Both the position numbers and the translations under genes were made by a program. A DNA stretch of 62,000 nt from Chiloscyllium plagiosum (Eukaryota), in NCBI RefSeq assembly GCF_004010195.1, contig NC_057750.1, forward strand, positions 5,364,438 through 5,426,437, given 5' to 3'. Below are positions 55,101 through 62,000 of the stretch, in pieces. The notes beneath the pieces were generated by a model, which saw only the letters and a program-made list of their open reading frames with translations, made no database searches and was not told where the DNA came from. Each line of letters starts with the position of its first letter. Position 1 is the first letter of the stretch.

Positions 55101-58039
55101 GGAGGGGGGGGGGGGGGAATCTTATAGCAACATACAAAATTATGAAGGGAATAGATAAGATAGAAGTAGAGAGCATGTTTCCACTGGCAAGTGAAACTGG
55201 AACAAGAGGGTACAGCCTCAAAATTAGGGGGAAGCAGATTTAGGACTGAATTGAGAAGGAACTTCTTCACCCAGAGGGTTATTTACCTATGGAATTCCCT
55301 GCCCAGTGAAATAGTTGAGGTTTCCTCAGTAAGTGTTTTTAAAGTCACGGTAGATTTTTTTTTTTTAAACAGTAAAGGAATTAAGGGTTATGGTGACAGG
55401 ACATGTAAGTGGAGCTGAGGCCATGAAGAGATCAGTCATGATCTTATTGAATGGCAGAGCAGGCTCGATGGGCCAGCTGGCCAACTTCTGCTCCTGGTTT
55501 TTATATTCAATGCAATCAACAAAAAGAATGAGACTTGAAACATAATTATTGTTATGAAGTAAACAAACAGAGCAGCTATTTTGTATATGGTAGACGAATA
55601 AAAATACAATCATCCAGTTAATCAGTTTTTTGGGAGGGGCTATTGGTTGAATCAGATAGGCACATTGTGTTCTTGTTCACAGTTGGATAAACACGTGGCA
55701 CAGTTAATCTTTACTTTATGGTCTGCGCTCTGCTTCTGCACCACAGCTGTTTAGAGGACAACAAAGTGAGGTCTTAGTGAGGACTGTGGGAGGGGAGAAT
55801 CCTAAAATGGGAGTAAGTGGGGAACAAAAAAAAATCAGTTTTATAACGGGGGCCGTCCCCTTCTGTTTAAAACAAATCAAAAGAGAAACCAAATCGTTTG
55901 CAGCCCTGCAGTTGGGCTCAAAAACCTGGTCTCAATTTTGAACAAATTAAGAGTACTTGCCTTTGCGTTTATATCAACGTTAGATTGCAGAAGATATTCG
56001 ACGATATGAACGTCATTGACCTTTACAGCTAAGTGCAGGGGTGTGAGTCCTACAAAAAGAGGAAAATCCATTAGTTTAATATTTGATACCTGTTAAAATA
56101 AAAATTATCTTTGGTTTTGTATTTAATAATTCTCTTTTGTCCCTCCAATTTTCTCAAGTTGTTGATTCCTTACTGGGATGCATACAAGATTTTAGGAGTA
56201 CTGTACGTCTTCCTTACCATTTGCCTTCCTATCTTTTTTTCAGTAATCTGCAAACTTGGCTATAGTAATTTCACTCTCCTCATCCCAACCTATTTATATA
56301 TATTGCGAACAATTGTGGTGCCAGCACTGATTCCTGAGGCACTCAACGAGTGACAGGTTGCTATTCTGAAAATGTCTCCCTTATCCAACTCTGTCTTTTA
56401 TTACTTAGCCAATCCTTTATCTGTGCTCATATATTACCCCCGATATCATGGTCTCTTAACTTATTAAGCAACCCAATGTCTTGTACCTTATCAAACAGTT
56501 ACAGAAATCCATATTACATCTACAAGCTTCTGCTTTATACATCCTCCAAGAATATGAAGAAATTTGTCAAGCATGATTTCCCTTTCATGAAGCCATGCTG
56601 ACTCTGTTTGATCATATCATGTATTTTCAAATGCTCTGTTATTACATCCTTTACAACAGATCCTAACACTTTTTCAAATAATAGTTGATAAGCTAACTGC
56701 ACTACAGATTTTTTTTGTCTCCTTTCATTTCTGAATAGAAATATTACTTTGGCAACGATCCAATCCTCTGATAATTTTCCAGAATCTAAGTCTTTGTGAA
56801 AGATTACTCTTTGTGCACTCTTTAGCTACTTCTTTTAATATCTAGTGATTGTTCTTGTACTTATTTCTTTTCCCCTTTTTGCCCCTTGATTATTTAGTAT
56901 TTTTGAAATGTTATTCATGTCTTCTGATGTGAAGATGAATGCAAAATACCCATTTCATATTCTCTGTCATTTCCTGGCTCCCCATTAATATTTTTCCAGC
57001 CTCAATTTCTCAGGGGCCTATGTTCACTTTGGCCACTCTCTTTCTTTTCATATATTTAAAGAATCTCTTGCTTTCCACCTTGATTTTCTTGCACATTTAT
57101 CTGCAATGTTTATTTTCTCATGGTTACCCCTTTTGGGTCACACTGATGTACACTTTCCAGTTGGAATCACTACACAGTGGGCACTAAACCCATCTAAAAC
57201 CTAGATCTATTCAAGCCAATATCAAAGCTCCAATTGAAACAGTTAACTCAGCACAGAATCAAACATTCAGGTCTAACTGGCTAACTTGCACAACTCTATG
57301 CCAAATAGCTCATCAAGGGACCCCGTTTTTTCATTACCTTGTTAATTCTTGTTTGCCCTTCTAACCAGAATGTGATTTATCAAAAATTAATAAAAAGACT
57401 CTACCTTTATAGTTGTAGCAATTCAGCTGCTGTGTGACCTGGGATTGGTCAAAAAGACTGGAATTCCTTAGGCCAAGAGTATGATGAAACAGGAGAACGT
57501 GAACACAGCTGGTAGCTCTTTCCATGCACGCTAGGTGTAAGGCAGTGTTCCCATCCTTCTCTTGCAGCAATAAGTTTGCCCCGGCAGCCACCAACCTTTC
57601 CACAAAATCAGCACGCCTAACGATCACAGCCAAATGCAGTGCCGACTGCCAGAGATGGTGGAGGAAAAATATCAAATTATTTTAGAGACAGCAGTCTGGG
57701 GTGCACAGGGGATACTTATGTTCCTAATATTGTAGCAGAATAACAAGGAAGGTGCAACACACGAATAATAAGGCGATGTTACGGGAAAGAATCTAATCAA
57801 ATGTTTGAAAACAACAGCAGCACATATTGCCTCATCTCTGTAACTAAAACAGAAATTTTGGAGAAACTTAGCAGGTCTGACAGCTCCTGTACAGAGAAAG
57901 CGGGGTTACCATTTCATGTGCAGTCCTAATCACCTGGTTCAAGTCATTCTGCAGGTTGAGGTATTCAGCATCCTTTATATAGCAGAGAATAGTGACGAAA
58001 AAGTCTTCTTTCTCATGGATGACAGAAAGGTGCAGTGCC
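46095..58039 (-). CDS. NFKBIB: NF-kappa-B inhibitor beta-like (IkB-beta), 5'-partial; complement join(57934..58039,57405..57645,55961..56049,52136..52381,46095..46130); exon 1 not in window
   Basis: Five exons (106/241/89/246/36 nt) splice in frame into ankyrin repeats (ALHL/TPLHL), an acidic PEST segment and C-terminal [11 protein letters not shown]. Motifs [26 protein letters not shown] and EYDDxVVH resemble IkB-beta rather than IkB-alpha as recalled. Confidence 0.87.
47975..48443 (+). pseudogene. IGF2-like processed pseudogene
   Basis: Across frameshifts: M..LCPTC / KSKKMSHAG / [26 protein letters not shown] / [41 protein letters not shown]...[14 protein letters not shown]. This covers the IGF prepeptide, B, C, A, D and E domains with no introns; the first B-domain Cys is TGG (Trp). 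Confidence 0.85.
49590..50090 (-). mobile_element. CR1 3' fragment
   Basis: Same subfamily sequence as 36365-37030 (ccctccaaacccttcctattcatatacccatccagatgcc...). Confidence 0.82.
52136..52381 (-). CDS. NFKBIB: IkB-beta-like exon 5 (last ankyrins plus PEST)
   Basis: Acceptor atcttttag; [82 protein letters not shown]; donor GTATGT. Confidence 0.93.
53360..55500 (+). mobile_element. CR1 RT fragment with a nested opposite-strand CR1 (~53755-54451)
   Basis: [26 protein letters not shown] on +, resuming after 54452; the nested - copy has [25 protein letters not shown]. Confidence 0.85.
55961..56049 (-). CDS. NFKBIB: IkB-beta-like exon 4 (GC donor)
   Basis: Acceptor ctttttgtag; [29 protein letters not shown]; donor AAG|GCAAGT preserves frame. 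Confidence 0.9.
56160..57130 (-). mobile_element. Decayed CR1 RT fragment in IkB intron 3
   Basis: Reverse complement shows degenerate CR1 RT nucleotide motifs (cagcatggcttcatgaaagg, gtgcctcaggaatcagtgctgg, aagtttgcagat). Confidence 0.6.
57405..57645 (-). CDS. NFKBIB: IkB-beta-like exon 3
   Basis: Acceptor ctctggcag; [40 protein letters not shown]...QQLNCYNYK(G); donor GTAGAG. Confidence 0.93.
57934..58039 (-). CDS. NFKBIB: IkB-beta-like exon 2
   Basis: Acceptor ttttaaatag; [35 protein letters not shown]; donor GTGATT. Confidence 0.92.
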
Positions 58040-60401
58040 CTATTTAAAAAAAATTCATAAATGTTAGTCAACCTCCCATGCTATTTCACACGACTGCTTT
58101 ATTCAAAAATATATTAAATACAGCATAACTCTTTGGGGTAATCATACAGAAAACAATGTGCACTTAAACAATGCCATGAAACGTTTTGTTTCTTTTCTTG
58201 TTATGCAAATGAACGAGCAAACCCAACAATTGTGCCTCATCCATAACTGCACTACAGAAGATAGTGGTAATCCACAAGTGCATTAGGATATGACAGTGAA
58301 GGTGTGTTACTCCAATTATATTGGACCTTGGTAAGACCCACACCTGAAGCATCGTGTACAGCTTTTGTCTTTTTACTGAAGGAAGGACAGACTTGCCTTC
58401 AGGCCATTGCAAGAAAGGATCACTTGAATGGGTTAAGCAGCATGTCGGAGAAGACGTAATCGACTAGGCTGTATTCCTAGAATTAAGAAGAATGATGTGA
58501 TATAGTGTGTGAAATTCTTAAAGGGCTTGACAGGGTGGATGTTGAGAGGTTGCTCCACTTGTGATAGGGAGTGTAGAATCAGGGAAGGAAGGAAGGCTGT
58601 TACTTTAGGACTGAGATGAAGGTGAGTTTCTTTACAGAAAGGATTGTGAACTTTTGGTATTTTTTTACCCCAGAGAATTGTTAATGCTTAGTTCAATGTA
58701 TAATCAAGACAGAAAACAACAGGCTTTTGGATACTGAAGAAATCAAGGGATATGTGGAAGTGCAGAACCATGATAATACTGACGAACAGACCAAGATCAA
58801 ATGTTTCCATGCTGTATGACTCTATGATCAACTCTAGACACTTTTTTTAAGTTAATGTATATTCTTACTGAATTTAAGTACCTTTACGAAAACAGCAGTC
58901 TAAATGTTTGAATTAAATTATGAATCTTCTACCAACCATGGAAGTTATCAGACCTTGTTATCTCCCTCTAAAATTATCAGAAGAATTTTCCAGTTTGAGA
59001 AATACTGCAACCATGTCAAGTGATATATCTATTTAATTTCAAGTACTAGCTAGCAAAACATGTATTAATGTGGCAGACCAATGTTGAAAAATTAACAAGT
59101 TATATGCAAATAAATCCCATAATATGTTTGAACTGAGTTTCCTAGCCCATTCCTCAGACATTGAGTAGGCAAAATGATTAATTTGGAAACTACCGAACTG
59201 AACTGACCGAAGTCGGCACTTTTCTGAGAATGAAGTTGGCAATTAATCACACATCATACAGAACTGACGCAGACAGTTAACTTGCTCCAATTTAAGATGA
59301 AATGCCTCAATTTGTCACAGAGCCTGGGTCAACCTCCAGAGAAAAGCAAATGGGCCTCTGTTTAACACCATATCAGGGACAGTGTAACTGATGATGCAGC
59401 ACAACTTCAGGGCTACAGGGAAGTGTCAAGTTTTGGTCATGAACTCAATTTCTTTGAGTGGAGTTTGAACCCAAAATCTCTAGCTCAGAAATGAAGAATA
59501 CCACCACAGGAGTCAATCAGACATGTTTGACTTTGCTGCAGGAAACTCACTTAGCCAAACTGCCTCTAATTATTACACAGCTCATGATGAACCACATATT
59601 ACCTTGTATAAAAACCAACTCCTTACTGTCTTTCTCAATTACCTTTAAGATTGTTTTTGTCACTAATCTACAATCCAAGAATGATATCAGCATTTTAAAA
59701 AAGTGAGCATCAAAGAAAAGCTACATTTAATCTGCTTCTCTTCCCCATTATAACAACTTGCATTCTATCTTTTGCCATAAAAAGTATCTGAAGGCATTTT
59801 GCAGAGAAATTAAAGAAACAAATGTTGAGCAGTTAGAAGAGATGACTGAACACAAAGACATTATAAAGTTAAAGTTTCAGGAGACTTTTAAAGAATAGAA
59901 AATCAGCAAGACATGGGTGGAGAGGGGATGCTTAGAAATTATAGGAAGTATGGCGAACGTAGCTCGAGGAAGGCAAGAAATAGAAGGCCATAGGACTGTT
60001 GGAAATAGTTGGGCTGGAGAAGACTGCTAAGACAGAATGATGCACAACCACGAAAACTTCTAAATTATGCCAGGAATGATGAAGTCAATGCACAGAAACA
60101 CACTGAAAAGCATGTCATGAGGCAGTCACCAAGGACAATGGTGTTTTGAAAGAGTGCAAAGTGTGCAGAATGACTACTGCAAGTTAGGCGAAGCATTACA
60201 TAAGTCAACAGAATAAACACATGTGGAACACAATCTACCAGTTCTCCTATAAATGACGCATCATCTAACCTGGGACTATATTATCGTGCCTTCACCATCC
60301 CTGTTCAGTAACCCTTATTTTCTTCCAAACAGTACCATGGCTACATGATCTTATGGGCATATAGGAGGCGGCAACAAATCCTTATCTAGTCAAAGTGCGT
60401 A

Positions 60402-60599
60402 CAGTCAGTTCTGCTATAATGCGGTAGTTCCATTCTCATGCAATCCCATGTAATAAGAAAATTGCATAATAGCAGCACCATTTAAACTAATGAAGCAGGA
60501 ATTGCATTATAACCAATACTTTAGAAGTTTACGCTTTAGATACAGTGCTCCTAATTCATGAATTGCATTAACGAAATGCACGTTATAGCAGAACAACCT
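60402..60599. mobile_element. Putative Tc1/mariner-pogo-type MITE (~200 bp)
   Basis: Imperfect terminal inverted repeats (core GTTCTGCTATAA / TTATAGCAGAAC) flanked by TA. Confidence 0.5.
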
Positions 60600-61291
60600 T
60601 ACAGTATCTCCAAAAATAAATTTTTCAAAATTAGCCTGCAGATTAACATCTGTTTAACTGTTGCGAAAATAAATGCTTCCTTCAGCCCAGTACCTGAAAA
60701 TTTCCTAATCCTACTTCACGTTCAACAGTAAGTAATTGATTGACCTTTAAGATATAATACTTAATGTATCCCTTGTTTATCAGAGCACAAGCATAAAAAC
60801 AGGAGAGCAATGATACTCCGTGCTAATCATTTAATGTAGATAGTAGCTGGTGCCAAATATAAGCACTGGGACTATCCAACATATGTTTCGGGAGTTCAGA
60901 TTTGTCCAATAGGTCAGCAACAAGGCAGGACACAGAAGTATGTGCGTAAAAATTGCAGGTGTGTCCAAGGTCAAACCCTAGACTACATCATACTAACTCA
61001 CAGGAAAAGCATAAGAATTGCTTTCAGTGCCACTGGGATATGAAAAGTAAGAAATAAGGCATGGCTTCCATTCCTGATTGCTGACCAGTGCTTCTTGTTG
61101 AGAAATACAATTATATGGGCAATCAGGAGAAGGTTTAGGTGCACACTCCAAGGTCAGAGAACTTTGCCATTGCTTCCTGTTCAAAATGATGAGAAAAAGA
61201 CATTTGAATGAATGGTCAGAGTGCTGGACAAACAGCATCCTGGTTGAAGCAGATTTCAAGGAAGGAGAAAAGAAAATTGGATCAGGGAGGT

Positions 61292-61431
61292 GGGGAATTC
61301 CTTCATTGGATGCATTGTGATATTAGCCATAGATAGATGATTAACTGCAATTTCTTTAGAAGGAACAATGTCCACAAAGTTGTTAAAAAGCCAGCTGTAC
61401 ACTGAGAATTGATCAAATGCCGGGAAATTCC
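61292..61431. promoter_or_regulatory. Pair of consensus NF-kB sites in presumed intron 1 of the IkB gene
   Basis: GGGGAATTCC (61292-61301) and GGGAAATTCC (61422-61431), in non-repeat-looking sequence. Confidence 0.55.
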
Positions 61432-62000
61432 AGGACTATTGCTGCATTCGATAGTTACCGCAGCTGACAAATCTAGTCAAGATTAACATTCTCATGAACA
61501 AAGCAGACACTGTCTGTTTATTTCATCTCTTTTTTAAAAGCATGGATTGCAAACTACAATCAAATTACCTCAATGATTTAAAACAGCTATCTGACTAAAT
61601 ATTACAATACACTGGGGGTGGGGGAGGGGAGCAATAAATTTGAAGTAGGGGGGAAATTAAGGGTGTTCTTTGGTGGTGTTTGATGAAATAGAAGACCCAC
61701 CTTCCATTTGACAGCACTCAAGATCTTACGAAGATCTACATCTGTGCCATTTGGCACTATTTGTTAGGTACAAATCATGATTTAGCACCAAGTGTAGAAA
61801 GGAAGCACTCGCTCTGACTATGCAGAAATACATATTTGAAAAGAACTCTGTCACATGATATTACACAGAAGAAATTATCTATCAGTGTTCTAACATTGCT
61901 ATTGAGCTAAATATTTTAACTTTTCCCCAGCAGCAAATAAGCAGGAACTGAAAAGAACATTGGGAATGATTGATTTAGAGGTGCTGGTGTTGGACTGGAG

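Noticed and set aside
46095..58039. Calling the IkB gene NFKBIA because it neighbours a PSMA6-type gene
   Set aside because: Diagnostic motifs ([31 protein letters not shown]) and the 106-nt exon 2 fit IkB-beta; the IkB-alpha ending YDDCVFGG is absent
58040..62000. IkB exon 1 with the DSGxxS degron
   Set aside because: No matching coding segment found by eye; presumably beyond the window end

Overview
Repeat-dense vertebrate genomic DNA, most likely a shark/elasmobranch (HE1-like tRNA SINEs, many CR1 fragments, Penelope-type ends). Two convergent protein-coding genes can be reconstructed by hand. (1) A complete 7-exon, 246-aa proteasome alpha-6-like gene on + (CDS 8250-26095). It is clearly diverged from canonical PSMA6 and carries an IRF-type element just upstream of the ATG plus kB and AP-1 sites in intron 1. 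(2) Exons 2-6 of an IkB-beta (NFKBIB)-like ankyrin gene on - (58039 down to stop at 46095; exon 1 not found in the window), with a GC-AG intron and a pair of consensus kB sites in intron 1. An intronless, frameshifted IGF2-like retrocopy sits antisense inside the last IkB intron (~47975-48443). Between the genes lie a 5'-truncated ~5.2 kb L1 and an old CR1. Dispersed Penelope-derived short repeats carry minimal hammerhead-ribozyme cores, several with target-site duplications or fold-back arrangements. Gene identities rest on comparison with remembered reference proteins, not database searches; repeat boundaries are approximate.
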